Shown: positions 40,531 through 53,706 of the stretch, piece by piece
Position numbering within the stretch: position 1 is the first letter of the stretch
How the letters are laid out: each line of letters begins with the position of its first letter
Source: Eledone cirrhosa
Taxonomy: Eukaryota
Length of the DNA: 64,000 nucleotides
Assembly: GCA_964016885.1 (NCBI GenBank)
Contig: OZ024743.1
Span: forward strand, 364,870,001 to 364,934,000
Direction: 5' to 3'
Notes under the pieces: model-generated
What the model saw: the letters and a program-made list of their open reading frames with translations, nothing else
Databases searched by the model: none
Told to the model about the DNA's origin: nothing
Made by a program: the position numbers and the translations under genes

Positions 40531-40984
40531 AGGCTGATGTTTCGAACATTACTTCATTAATTTACGTATATAAATTTGTTGGAATGTTTTGATATCATAA
40601 TACAGAGCGGGCAGTTTCAGAAGGGTTTCAGGTGGATTGTTATCAAAAGGGCTAAAGTTCAGCAATGTAATTCTCTAAGGTCAGCGCCCTGGGTGACTAC
40701 CTATTTGGCCTTAATGATAACGCCGTCCTGAAAAAGCTATAATGATATACTGTCTTGCTTTCTTTATAAAGTGGTTTAATGGAAATCAGCAGTGGTCCGT
40801 AGGCTCGTTTGAAATTGAGTTTCAGAAGATCCCGTTATGGATGAAAGCAGCGATTCTTTGCTTAAACTTTAATCTGTTATTCTAATAAATATTTGCTCTA
40901 TGGTTCTTATATATTTGATATATATTTATCCTTATCGAGCCCTCTTTGGATTTTAGTTCTCACATTTATTATTATTAATATATA

Positions 40985-41898
40985 TATATTAGAAAGATCG
41001 AGTATCGAAAAATCGGCGCACGAGTTCACGATAAACAAGATTCGAAATGAGCGGCAGAGGGCTCAATAATTCAGATGAATCAGAGCTATAACTATCGTTA
41101 AAATACCGTCACATATAGAACAAGTCTACAATCAACCATACGATAAAAAATCGATAAAGGAAGATTCGGGACAAACAGATAAAAAATATCAATAAAACAA
41201 TACGTCAATAATTTAAATGAATGTAAAATCATACCCGGACCCACTAGACAGGTGTTAAATCTAGCTTCATGGGTTTCTGTAAATCCTTAGACTGTACTCT
41301 ATCAGCTCACATATAAATATAAAAGCCTACTAGAGCAAGCGGAACGGAGTTTTACTTTCTCAACGAGCTTTTTTCCTGGCGGTAGAGGAGCTAACTACCA
41401 GTGAAAAACGCACATGGCATTAGACAAGGGAGATAACCCCTATATCCGCGAAAACAATTCGAGTGAATGTGGAAATACACATATCGAATTAGAGTGCTCA
41501 ATAGACATGTTAAAATAAAACAAAAGCTATTCATCACTCAATAGAATCGACAAAAAATGAGCAATAAAATTAACTGGTGGATAGCTATGTCCAGAGCTAA
41601 ATATATTAGAAAGATCGAGTATCGAAAAATCGGCGCACGAGTTCACGATAAACAAGATTCGAAATGAGCGGCAGAGGGCTCAATAATTCAGATGAATCAG
41701 AGCTATAACTATCGTTAAAATACCGTCACATATAGAACAAGTCTACAATCAACCATACGATAAAAAATCGATAAAGGAAGATTCGGGACAAACAGATAAA
41801 AAATATCAATTAAACAATACGTCAATAATTTAAATGAATGTAAAATCATACCCGGACCCACTAGACAGGTGTTAAATCTAGCTTCATGGGTTTCTGTA
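40985..41898. repeat. Partial tandem duplication (617-bp period, ~295-bp near-identical direct repeats) between TA tracts
   Basis: 40991-41281 matches 41608-41898 with one mismatch seen. Confidence 0.9.
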
Positions 41899-42316
41899 TA
41901 TATATATATATAAACTTGAGCAAATTAACAAAGAACGCACAAGACAACGAACGGTAACAAAACAAAACACAATTTTTATGGGGAAACCTTAAAAAATTAT
42001 TTTGTTTTTTTTAAATAAAAATACGAACGAACACAAAACTCCGGGATCGTCGGCCATTGAGAGGGATTTTGGTAGTTTTGATCCCTACCAACTGTACTGC
42101 TGGTCCATCCGGGTCACAGCGTCTGACATAAACCAAACGCTGTCCAGTGGAGTAAGAGACGAGAGACAAAACATTAATTTATAGCATTAGCTATAAGTAC
42201 ACAGACTTTGTGTGAATATATATATATATATATATGTGTGTTTGTATGTATATATATATATATATATAGAAAGGATAAAAAGGACGATTGATTATTCCTT
42301 CATTGCATTTATTGAT

Positions 42317-42403
42317 AGGTGACGCGCGTTTCGCCACTGATCAGCTCAAGGTTCGATCTATATCGATCCTACCCGACTCAATAATCCGCAGCTCGACGGA
42401 CCT
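42317..42403 (-). ncRNA. Hammerhead-like motif with variant core (CCGUCGA)
   Basis: AGGT-CCGTCGA-GCTGC..GTGGC-GAAAC-GCGC-GTC-ACCT: stems I and II pair, stem III ACGCGCGT is palindromic, and the core has two deviations. Confidence 0.6.
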
Positions 42404-43266
42404 TCCTGAAATGCTATAAGAAAATGAAATACATGCTATGTGATAAAGTCAGATATTCAAGAGTTTGACAAAATGAGTTGTTTTGATTGGTGGGAAGGGT
42501 CAAGGCGATGTACTGGCCTGTAGTGTATATGGGGGTGGGTGTGATGGTGAGATGTTGGTGACGATGGGTGGATGAGATGGGCTGTGGTGTGTTGGTGGTT
42601 GATTGGCCTTGGCGTGTAGGGTATGTGTGGGTGTGGATGTCATGATATGGTAGTGGTTATGGTTGCTAAGTGGGATAGGCTGTGGTATGGGGTTAGTGGG
42701 TTGTCAGTAGACGGGTTGGCGTGTGTGTGGGGGTGTGTTATTGGTGCCGCTGTCTATGGTAGTGGCGTTTGTGGTGGTGTGGCGGATGTGTTGGTGGCGT
42801 CAAGGTCATTACCTAGATATATAGCTAGTCGCTCATCGTCTGGCAGATGCTTTGTGTATACTTATACGCACACACATATAGGTATATATGTGCACACATA
42901 TTGTTGTATAAACACACCCACCACACAACACATACGTACATCCTTGCCCACACATATCGACACACGCTCACACACGACCATATGTATATGTACACACATG
43001 TATGTGCGTGTGCGCGTGCGGACACGAATATGGAGAGTGGGGGGAGTATCGTTGGGGGGTGGCGAACGACGGAGGTGGGGGGAAGGTGAGAGGCAATGTA
43101 GAAGGTGTTTTACATACATACGTACACATACATATACCCATACATACATACATATGGGTATGGGCACCTGGACTCACACTCACGTATACAAAATATACAC
43201 ATACTCACTCACACACGTATACTCAAGCACATATATACACGTACATATATATACACACACACATAC

Positions 43267-43309
<43 letters not shown>

Positions 43310-43491
43310 GATATATACACACACACACATGTACAGACAACACGCACATATACACATACATGCACGCACATGAGCTCACCTACACATATAGTCAGATTCA
43401 CCCATATACCTATATGTAGACGTGCACATATACACACATACATACACATACATATAGACACACACACATATACATACGCATACACATACAC

Positions 43492-43522
<31 letters not shown>

Positions 43523-44596
43523 TACGTACCCACACATACACACATGTATACACCTGCGCTCACATACACACACACACACATACAATAACTATGCGTACAC
43601 GCACGCACACTCATACGTCCGTATGTGTAAGAATACTTACACACCGACACACACGTTATTGTTGGTTGGGGAGTGGGGGTGTGCGTTGTTGGTGTTGGTG
43701 AAGTATGGAGTTGTGTTTTGTGGTGGTGGTGGTGGTGGAGTTGTGAGGGACAAAAATATATATACAGGATCGAATACCGGTTAGAAGGTGTTTATGGACG
43801 TACGGCGATGTGTGTTGTGGACATGGTGATGGTGGTGTGCTGGGATGATGTGTTCGACAAGATGATTACATGATCAGAGGTTACGGTGTGTTATAGGGTA
43901 AGGCAGACGGGGGTGGGGGGTATATAATACAGTCGATCTGGGAGGGAGGGGTGATATGTGTTAATGATGTTAATGATAATGATTGTTGAGGTATTTGGAT
44001 GTATCTAGTGGTGGCTGTGGTTGTGTGTGTGTGCGACAGTACAATTACAGGGTCGAATTTAGCGTGTGGTTGTAGGTTAGGGTAGACAGAGGGAACATGG
44101 GGGGATGAGGTTGTAGGTGTTTATGGTAGGCATATGACGATGTGTGGTGTGGTGGTGATGGCGATGGTGTGATATGATCGACATTGTATTTACAAGGTCC
44201 CTTGTCATTGTGGATTGCAAGGTAGAACGTATCATAGGATACCGATCTAATACGATGTTGCAACGATGAGGTGTGTATGTTGATGTGAATTTTGGTGGTG
44301 GTCATGGTGATGTGTGCGGCATGATATACAAATGCGGGCTTAGAAATGGTTACATGGAGTACAATACAATAAGTTCATTGAGGTGGGCGATGTTGAGACG
44401 GGGTATATGTGGTTATTAATATGGTGTGTCATGGTTAGTGTGATTTTTGGTGTGGGTTATGTATGCGGCATGATATACAAAATACGGGCTTACATATGGT
44501 TAAATGCAATACAATGAAATAAGATAAAGTAAAGTAAGATTAGAATTAAAGTTCGTTGAGATGGGCGATGGTGATACGGGGCAGATGTGGTTATTA

Positions 44597-45963
44597 TTAT
44601 GGTGGGTCATGGTTAGTGCATGGTCCTCCCGCGAAAGTTTGTGCAGAAAAGGTGTGCATCCTAGTGTGTATGCAATTGACAATTATGTCCAACCTATAGT
44701 TTATGGCGGAATCAAGTTTAATTATTTCCGCCGCCTCAGCTAGGCATAATCTGCAGTGGTTTCTGTCACTGGGGATGTATGCCATGCGTCTTTTTACTGA
44801 CCACGAAATCTGGGGTTCAATATTCCTGTCCTTGAGGTCCCAGATCAGGTCGGCCAGTTTTGTTTGGGGTCGTTTCGATCTATGTTTGAAGGAGCTTCTG
44901 TGGTTATACCAGCGCTCCTTAAACGTAGTGGATGTCGCACCTATATATGAGTACTCCTTATTGCCGGCTGTGACATCGCACCGGTAAACAATATTCTTAA
45001 CAAGGCACTCCCCGTTTAGTGGGCATTCGGCTCGTTTTTTGCAGTTGCATTTGGGTGTAACCGGTGCGGTGGCACGATGGCGGTTGGTGTCGTGCGGTGT
45101 TGGTGTGGTGTGTGTGTTGTTGTGTTGTGTTGTGTGTGTGGTTTCGTTCTGGGTTGTGGTGGTGGTTTGTTGAGGGGAAACCATATGTTTTTGTATTTTT
45201 GCCCTATTATTGTGTGCTATTGTGTGGCCTAGGTTTGGTGCTGTGGAGAAAGAGAATTTTACGGTGTGTTTATTGAAGAGCTTGTGGTATGTGTGTGTGT
45301 GTGGAAAAGATTGTTCGAGAGCCCTGAAAAAGGTTCCCGGTATGTTAGTGGCGACGTGTATAGAATGGGGGGGGTATACCACGTGACAGGTCTACTTCGG
45401 TTTATGCGTTGTTTAGTGAGGTTTTTGTGGTTGGGTGGTAGTTTGTGTGTGTTTTGGTGAGGCGTATATTTCAAATAGGTTCCAGGTAATCTATTGGCGT
45501 TATGTCCCTTGTCTCTATTGGTACGCAAACGTGTGCGGTAGTCGGAGTTGTTATTGGGGCTGGAGAGTATGGCTTTATCTCCTAGACATTATGTGTGGTG
45601 CTGTCTGCGCTGCCGGCTAGGGGGCGTCTAAGGTTATTGTGTGTCCTATGTGTGGAGGTTTCTTCTAAGTTCGTTTCTAAGGGTCCTGCTATGTTTAGCG
45701 GTGTTACGGTTCTATTTGGGTCGATGTAAGAAATCTTCTCAGTATAACCAGCGTTTATAAGTGCGGAGTCGTAGTATTCCGCGTGCTGCTTGAAGATGTT
45801 TTCGTTAGCCGACAGTGTGGACACTCTGTTGGAGACGCTTTTAACTATAGAGTTAATTATGCTCTTAGCGTGGTTGGAGCGTCTATTGATGTATCTAAGA
45901 TTTTTATTAGGTTTGTGGTATGGACGGTAGAGGCCTGAGTCTAATTCTAGGGTGACGTCTAAG
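44597..45963 (-). pseudogene. Penelope-like RT thumb + GIY-YIG endonuclease (disrupted)
   Basis: LDVTLELDSGLYRPYHKPN..YINRRSNH; then WYTPP; then CNCKKRAECPLNGECLVKNIVYRC..YIGATSTTFKERWYNH..CRLCLAE..NCIH. There is a TAG at 45582 and frameshifts. The CxC-x5-C-x5-C linker suggests the Naiad clade. Confidence 0.88.
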
Positions 45964-46022
45964 AAAAAAAGATGAAATCGTTTTCGATTTCATTTTTTTT
46001 TAAATATATATATTTATTTGGT

Positions 46023-46063
46023 TCCTTTACCGGTTTCGCAGTTCTTCTGCTTTTCAAAAGTAG
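46023..46063 (-). ncRNA. Minimal hammerhead with U3-A8 covariant core
   Basis: CTT-TTGAAAA-GCAG-aagaa-CTGC-GAAAC-CG-GTA-AAG; palindromic stem III ACCGGT. Confidence 0.6.
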
Positions 46064-46245
46064 AGTTGAGATGGAGGGTCTGTGGTTTTTCTCACATTTT
46101 TCTCAGATGTAAAGAAACCAAATAAATATACATATTTTTTTTTAAATAAGACTCCAGTTGCATTTTCGATTTCATCTTTTTTTCTTTATACTTTCACTCG
46201 TGTAGGACACCTCGGTTATTTTTCATTTTGTAAAAAAACCCTCAC

Positions 46246-46295
<50 letters not shown>

Positions 46296-46450
46296 ATATA
46301 TATGTATGTGTATATATATGTATGTGTATATATATATGTATATATGTATATATATATATATATGTATATATATATGTATATATGTATATATATATATGTA
46401 TATATATATATGTATATATGTATATATATATATATGTATATATATATGTA

Positions 46451-46507
<57 letters not shown>

Positions 46508-46514
46508 ATATATG

Positions 46515-46610
<96 letters not shown>

Positions 46611-46651
46611 TATACACATACACGCATATATGTGTGTGTGCGTACATATGC

Positions 46652-46722
<71 letters not shown>

Positions 46723-46761
46723 AAGAAGAAGAAATTAAAAGATGGTTAAAAAAGTTCCATG

Positions 46762-46832
46762 TATTTTATTACGCGCATTTCAAAAACAAATATCATCCTG
46801 GGACGATATTTGCGTTCTCATCAGATAAAATA
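46762..46832 (-). ncRNA. Type I hammerhead ribozyme
   Basis: TATTTTAT-CTGATGA-[long stem II gaacgcaaatatcgtcc-ca-ggatgatatttgtttt]-GAAAT-GCGC-GTA-ATAAAATA. Confidence 0.82.
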
Positions 46833-47816
46833 GGGAGACATGATATGAAGCTTTAAAAAACACTTGTGAGCAAGGTAGTGTCTAATCAACATATGATAAA
46901 TAAATTTAAAACGATATAGGAGATTCGAAAAAAGGAATGGAAGGGGGAAAAAGAAGGAAGAGGAAGAAAGGAAAAAAAGAAAAAAGAAGGAAAGGATAAC
47001 GGAGGAAGAGTATAAGAAGGAGGAAGGAGAGAGAAAGAGACAGGAGAGAAAGAGAGAGATAAACATTTAAACTGAGAAACGCTGTCTTCACAGAGAAATA
47101 ACTGAAAAAACGCTTGTAAATTTATAAATAAATTAAATAAATTAAAAAATTAAAAAATTAAAAGTTAATGAGGTTTATGAATGATGATGTTTATGATTAC
47201 AGATATAGAAATTAAGTATTCTATTTATTTAGGGTTTATATATTTAGGGTTTATATAGTGAAGGATTTATAAAGATGTGCGAAATATTTATTAAAATGTA
47301 TTAAGATAAAATAAAGTAAAATAAGATAAGGTGAATGAAAATAAAATTAATGATTTATAAGCTTAGAAGACGATATAGGGTCCTAGTTTGTTTCAATAGA
47401 TTGTAATAGAAAAAGTAATTATTTAAGTTAATACAAGCATGGAAAGAAAGAAAAAAGAAAAATACGAGGAAGAAAATATTACGTCAAAAATTTGTTTACA
47501 AAATTAACCTAATGCTAATATTAATAGATTTGAAGTAAAAAATTGGGAAATATAGCGGCTTAAAAAAGTAATGTTGAGAAAAAATGATATAAAGGTGAAC
47601 TATTTAAAAGAAAATTTGTATCCCCAAGAAGATAAAGGAATTTGCTAAAAAGTTTTAAAAAATTAAAAAATTAAAAAATTAGTGGACCAAAAACGTCATA
47701 GTATGAATGAACTTTGTAGAATGTACTGAAATATGGTAGAAAAAGGGGTATATGTGTAAAAAAAGAGATATATATGTGTGAGAAAAAGATTTTAATCTTG
47801 ATTATGGAGTAAGATA

Positions 47817-48187
47817 CTAGCTGTATACTTTGTGAAATGACCTAAGCGATTTATGGATGCAAAGCGAAAATAAATCTGTGCGTCTATTTATTATAGAGTT
47901 AAAATTAGAGATAATGGTAAATTTTTCCGCTAGGCATAAATTACAAGTTCTGGATAGGGAAGCATTGAAATAAGGAGAAGCGTTGCAAATTTTTCTCCAA
48001 GAAATTTTGTAATTAATGTTTTTGTCTTTTAAGGACCAGATGAGTTCTGAGAGTGCAGTGTTTGTTCTTTTAAGTGGGTATTTAAAAGACGAAGAATGGT
48101 TATATAATCTTGCCTTAAAGGAAGTTGAAGTAGAGCCAAAGTAGGTATAAGATTTGGTACTAGTATCACCTTACATTCGTATACTAA
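47817..48187 (-). pseudogene. GIY-YIG endonuclease fragment
   Basis: LVYECKV/frameshift/..TYFGSTSTSFKARLYNHSSSFK..TALSELIWSLKDKNINYKISW..CNLCLAEK..INRRTDLFSLCIH. Homologous to 44597-45000; not in the ORF track. Confidence 0.85.
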
Positions 48188-48266
48188 ATTTTTTTCTCAA
48201 CATTACTTTTTTAAGCCGCTATATTTCCCAATTTTTTACTTCAAATCTATTAATATTAGCATTAGG

Positions 48267-48449
48267 GCGGTGAATTGGCAGTATCGGTAGAGGGTCGGAC
48301 GCCATGCTTTCCAGCATAGTTACGTCCCTTTACGATCTGAGTTCAAATCCCGCCGAGGTTGACTTTGCCTTTCATCCTTACGGGGTCGATAAAATAAAGT
48401 ACCAGTAATGTACTGGGTAATTGCTGGCCTTGTGCCAAAAGTAGAAACA
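48267..48449 (+). mobile_element. Full-length SINE family 1 with 15-bp TSD
   Basis: TSD aatattagcattagg at 48252-48266 and 48450-48464. A box tggcagtatcggtag, B box gagttcaaatccc. The empty site is visible in the opposite arm at ~47508-47522. Confidence 0.92.
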
Positions 48450-49142
48450 AATATTAGCATTAGGTTAATTTTGTAAACAAATTTTTGACGTAATATTTTC
48501 TTCCTCGTATTTTTCTTTTTTCTTTCTTTCCATGCTTGTATTAACTTAAATAATTACTTTTTCTATTACAATCTATTGAAACAAACTAGGACCCTATATC
48601 GTCTTCTAAGCTTATAAATCATTAATTTTATTTTCATTCACCTTATCTTATTTTACTTTATTTTATCTTAATACATTTTAATAAATATTTCGCACATCTT
48701 TATAAATCCTTCACTATATAAACCCTAAATATATAAACCCTAAATAAATAGAATACTTAATTTCTATATCTGTAATCATAAACATCATCATTCATAAACC
48801 TCATTAACTTTTAATTTTTTAATTTTTTTATTTATTTAATTTATTTATAAATTTACAACCGTTTTTTCAGTTATTTCTCTGTGGAGACAGCGTTTCTCAG
48901 TTTAAATGTTTTTCTCTCTCTCTTTCTCTCCTGTCTCTTTCTCTCTCCTTCCTCCTTCTTATACTCTTCCTCCGTTATCCTTTCCTTCTTTTTTTCTTTT
49001 TTTCCTTTCTTCCTCTTCCTTCTTTTTTCCCCTTCCATTCCTTTTTTCCAATCTCCTATATCCTTTTAAATTTATTTATCATATGTTGATTAGACACTAC
49101 CTTGCTCACAAGTGTTTTTTTAAGCTTCATATCATGTCTCCC

Positions 49143-49213
49143 TATTTTATCTGATGAGACCGCAAAAATCGTCCCAGGATGATATTTGTTTTTGAAATGC
49201 GCATAATAAAATA
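49143..49213 (+). ncRNA. Type I hammerhead ribozyme
   Basis: tattttat ctgatga ..stem II.. gaaat gcgc ata ataaaata (AUA site, palindromic ATGCGCAT). Confidence 0.8.
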
Positions 49214-49295
49214 CATGGAAGTTTTTAAACCATCTTTTAATTTCTTCTTATATATACTCCAGTCCAATAAACTGTTGAGTGCTACTTATCCGATA

Positions 49296-49495
49296 NNNNN
49301 NNNNNNNNNNNNNNNNNNNNNNNNNNNNNNNNNNNNNNNNNNNNNNNNNNNNNNNNNNNNNNNNNNNNNNNNNNNNNNNNNNNNNNNNNNNNNNNNNNNN
49401 NNNNNNNNNNNNNNNNNNNNNNNNNNNNNNNNNNNNNNNNNNNNNNNNNNNNNNNNNNNNNNNNNNNNNNNNNNNNNNNNNNNNNNNNNNNNNNN
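49296..49495. other. Assembly gap (200 N)
   Basis: Run of N. Confidence 1.
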
Positions 49496-49537
<42 letters not shown>

Positions 49538-49665
49538 CAATATATATATATATCAATATATATATATATCAATATATATATATATCAATATATATATATA
49601 TCAATATATATATATATCAATATATATATATATCAATATAAATATATATCAATATATATATATAT

Positions 49666-49713
<48 letters not shown>

Positions 49714-49795
49714 GTTATTCCGGGTTGAATCGGAGGTAACCACAGTAAGTAAGGTACTCAATACATAGCAGAGTATAAACGTTTTAATATAGATG

Positions 49796-49846
49796 AGATT
49801 CTACAGGACTAGAACTGTTTCATTCATTAGAAATCATCAGGAATCT
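49796..49846 (-). ncRNA. Type I hammerhead ribozyme
   Basis: AGATTC-CTGATGA-tTTCtaatGAAt-GAA-ACAG-ttctagtc-CTGT-A-GAATCT: 6-bp stem I, 4-bp stem III, GUA site. Confidence 0.78.
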
Positions 49847-50364
49847 GGGTATCAAAAAATAAAAATGGTATTTATAGGTCTCTACAAGTGGTAGGAGAGG
49901 GTGGGGAGTGGGATGGGTGTAGGTCATTGGTTGATAGAAAAGGGAATTCATTAAAAGCTAATTCTACAAAGCTATAGTTTATTTTTATTTATTTATGTTT
50001 TTAGAGTAACAAGGGCAGACAGAATTCTATAAACAGGTTCCGGATGGCATACCATTCCTTGTCATTAAGTTTCCCTTAAGCTAACAGATGTCTATAAGAT
50101 CAGTGGGGGTCAGTCATGGTCGATAGAATTAAAGAAAAGGGATATTCTTTAAAAGCTAAAATCATTAAGGTTCTACTAAGTGACAAAGGTTTAGAGAATT
50201 CTCTAGACAGATTCAAAATACTGAGTGCATATCCTACAATTATCTTCGAACTTCTCTTAAACTAATCAACTATATGCCAAAAATCAACAGACACATTCAC
50301 AAAAAAACAATAAAAATAAACTATAGCTTTGTAGAATTAGCTTTTAATGAATTCCCTTTTCTAT

Positions 50365-50430
50365 CAACCAATGACCTACACTCATCCCACTCCCCACCCT
50401 CTCCTACCACTTGTAGAGACCTATAAATAC
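50365..50430 (+). promoter_or_regulatory. Candidate Pol II promoter (CCAAT, CACCC, TATAAA) in the terminal repeat
   Basis: ccaat at ~50368, ccccaccc at ~50392 and tataaata at ~50422, about 30 nt upstream of the HHR; mirrored in the left arm. Confidence 0.45.
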
Positions 50431-50451
50431 CATTTTTATTTTTTGATACCC

Positions 50452-50502
50452 AGATTCCTGATGATTTCTAATGAATGAAACAGTTCTAGTCCTGTATATT
50501 CT
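50452..50502 (+). ncRNA. Hammerhead ribozyme copy with damaged stem I
   Basis: Same core as 49796, but the 3' strand of stem I is tattct instead of gaatct. Confidence 0.6.
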
Positions 50503-50517
50503 CATCTATATTAAAAC

Positions 50518-51462
<945 letters not shown>

Positions 51463-51543
51463 GATATTTTGTATTTTCATTGGTCAATTTTGTTCCCAAA
51501 CGGACCTGAAATTTTGAATTGTTGTTATTATCAATAAATATAT

Positions 51544-51697
51544 TTCATTATTTCTGAAGACGGCGTATATATGTGTTGGTATGTATATTTAATCTTGATA
51601 GTTTGTATAATTTTGTATAATTTTGTACATAGATCTGTTGAATATGCATGCCAATTCTAACACATATATATCCTAGAAACGATCGTTAAATAATGAA
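51544..51697 (+). ncRNA. Type I hammerhead ribozyme with very long stem II
   Basis: TTCATTATTT-CTGAAGA-(~115 nt incl. tatatatgtgttgg/ctaacacatatata)-GAAAC-GATC-GTT-AAATAATGAA: perfect 10-bp stem I, palindromic stem III ACGATCGT. Confidence 0.75.
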
Positions 51698-51917
51698 CTT
51701 TTTTGTTTAATATAAGGAACTGTTTTCATTGTTTATTCATTATTTGTTTAATATTTTATCTTGACTCTGTATACCGTTTATCTTTCACCGAAAGTGATTT
51801 TTCATTACATCTCTTCTTTCCATGATATCCGGAATACATTGAGTTCTTCATACGCATTGGACACTACCGTAAACTCTTGGTAGATTTATCTACATATATA
51901 TATATATATATATATAA

Positions 51918-52035
<118 letters not shown>

Positions 52036-52043
52036 TATATACA

Positions 52044-52225
<182 letters not shown>

Positions 52226-52348
52226 GGAGGTGAGTTTTATTGTAGTACAATAAAGCAATGCAGATATCGGCTAAGAAGCACTCTACAGTTTGTAGGACTG
52301 GAGTATACATAATATATAAGATCAAAAGATGGTTAAATGAGTTCCATG

Positions 52349-52419
52349 TATTTTATTATGCGCATTTCAAAAACAAATATCATCATGCAATAACATTTGT
52401 GTTTTCATCAGATAAAATA
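52349..52419 (-). ncRNA. Type I hammerhead ribozyme
   Basis: Mirror of 52541-52611. Confidence 0.8.
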
Positions 52420-52540
52420 TGAGGACATGATATGAAGGTTAAAAACACTTGTGGATAGTGCAGTTTTAAATCAACATATCATATGTTGATTTAAAACTGC
52501 ACTATCCACAAGTGTTTTTAACCTTCATATCATGTCCTCA

Positions 52541-52611
52541 TATTTTATCTGATGAAAACACAAATGTTATTGCATGATGATATTTGTTTTTGAAATGCGC
52601 ATAATAAAATA
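52541..52611 (+). ncRNA. Type I hammerhead ribozyme
   Basis: tattttat ctgatga aaacacaaatgttattgcatgatgatatttgttttt gaaat gcgc ata ataaaata. Confidence 0.8.
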
Positions 52612-52643
52612 CACGGAACTCATTTAACCATCTTTTGATCTTA

Positions 52644-52822
<179 letters not shown>

Positions 52823-52982
52823 AATATTGTTATACTTTGGGAGGGTCATGTTGCCAATAAGAAACACACGCACCAGTTGCTTTCACTTCAATTTAATTTA
52901 TTAAATATTTATAAATTTACAAATTTATAAATTTCTGGTTGGTTGGTTGGTTCCACAACCAGATAGTTGTTTATATATATAT

Positions 52983-53027
52983 AGTCATAGTTCTTTCGTC
53001 ACACACTCTGTGACCTCTTCAGTGACT
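52983..53027 (-). ncRNA. Minimal type I hammerhead ribozyme
   Basis: Mirror of 53824-53868. Confidence 0.75.
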
Positions 53028-53332
53028 GGGGATTTCTTTCTTCGTTTCTGTGCCTTCCCTTTCTTCTATCCTACGCCATTTTGTTTGTGTGTGGGTTGCG
53101 TGCTCAGTTTGCGCATGCGCCACATCCGGGTGTCTGTGTGTGTTTGTGTTCATTTTTCTATTTTTCTATTTATATTTTTCTATTTGTTTGTTTATTTATT
53201 TATTTATTGTTGGTTGGTTGTTTGTTCTATGTGTGTGTGTGTTTTCATTTTGTCTTGTGTGTGTTTTCATTTTGTGTGTGTTTTCAATTGTAAGTTGTTT
53301 GTTCTATGTGTGTGTGTGTTTTCATTTTGTCC

Positions 53333-53706
53333 TTAATTGTAAGTTGTGATGTTGCTGTTCCACTCATATTTTCTATTTAATTTTGGTTTTAATTCTTTTA
53401 TGCTTACTGCCTCTGTAATTTGCCTAAACATTGCGTCTTTCTTGTGTGTGGATTCTATTTTTATTTCTATGCTCTCTAATTTACCCCTGTGTTCTATCTT
53501 AGCATGTTGGTAGAGCACAGATGATTCTTTACTATCTTGGAGGTCTCGCCAGTGTTCATTTATTCGTTCCCCTATACTACGAGCTGTCTCACCTATGTAC
53601 ACTACATTTTTGTTTCTACATTGTCCTTCAGTACATCTTATGCTATATACTACATTTCTAGTTTTACAGTTAATATGGGGGCTTATTTTACAGGTTATAC
53701 ATTTCC
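53333..53706 (-). pseudogene. 5'-truncated GIY-YIG endonuclease of a Penelope-like element
   Basis: KCITC..NCKTRNVVYSIRC..C..VYIGETARSIGERINEH..LYQH..H..RQITEAVSIKELKPKLNRKYEW. Confidence 0.9.

Larger units (their letters stand above)
42269..45963 (-). mobile_element. 5'-truncated Penelope-like element (Naiad-type) with ~2.3-kb 3' region
   Basis: RT C-terminus, then GIY-YIG, then a long CA-rich UTR, an HHR-like motif, AATAAA and (TA)n. Confidence 0.82.
46730..49295. mobile_element. Penelope-like (Naiad-type) head-to-head insertion with ~850-bp inverted arms
   Basis: 46730-47582 is the reverse complement of 48188-49250 (excluding a SINE), with scattered mismatches. The spacer encodes a GIY-YIG fragment. 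Confidence 0.9.

Noticed and set aside
44300-45963. Selenoprotein recoding/SECIS, as reported for some Naiad elements
   Set aside because: The interruption seen is TAG plus frameshifts, not in-frame TGA, and no SECIS-like hairpin is evident after the stop.
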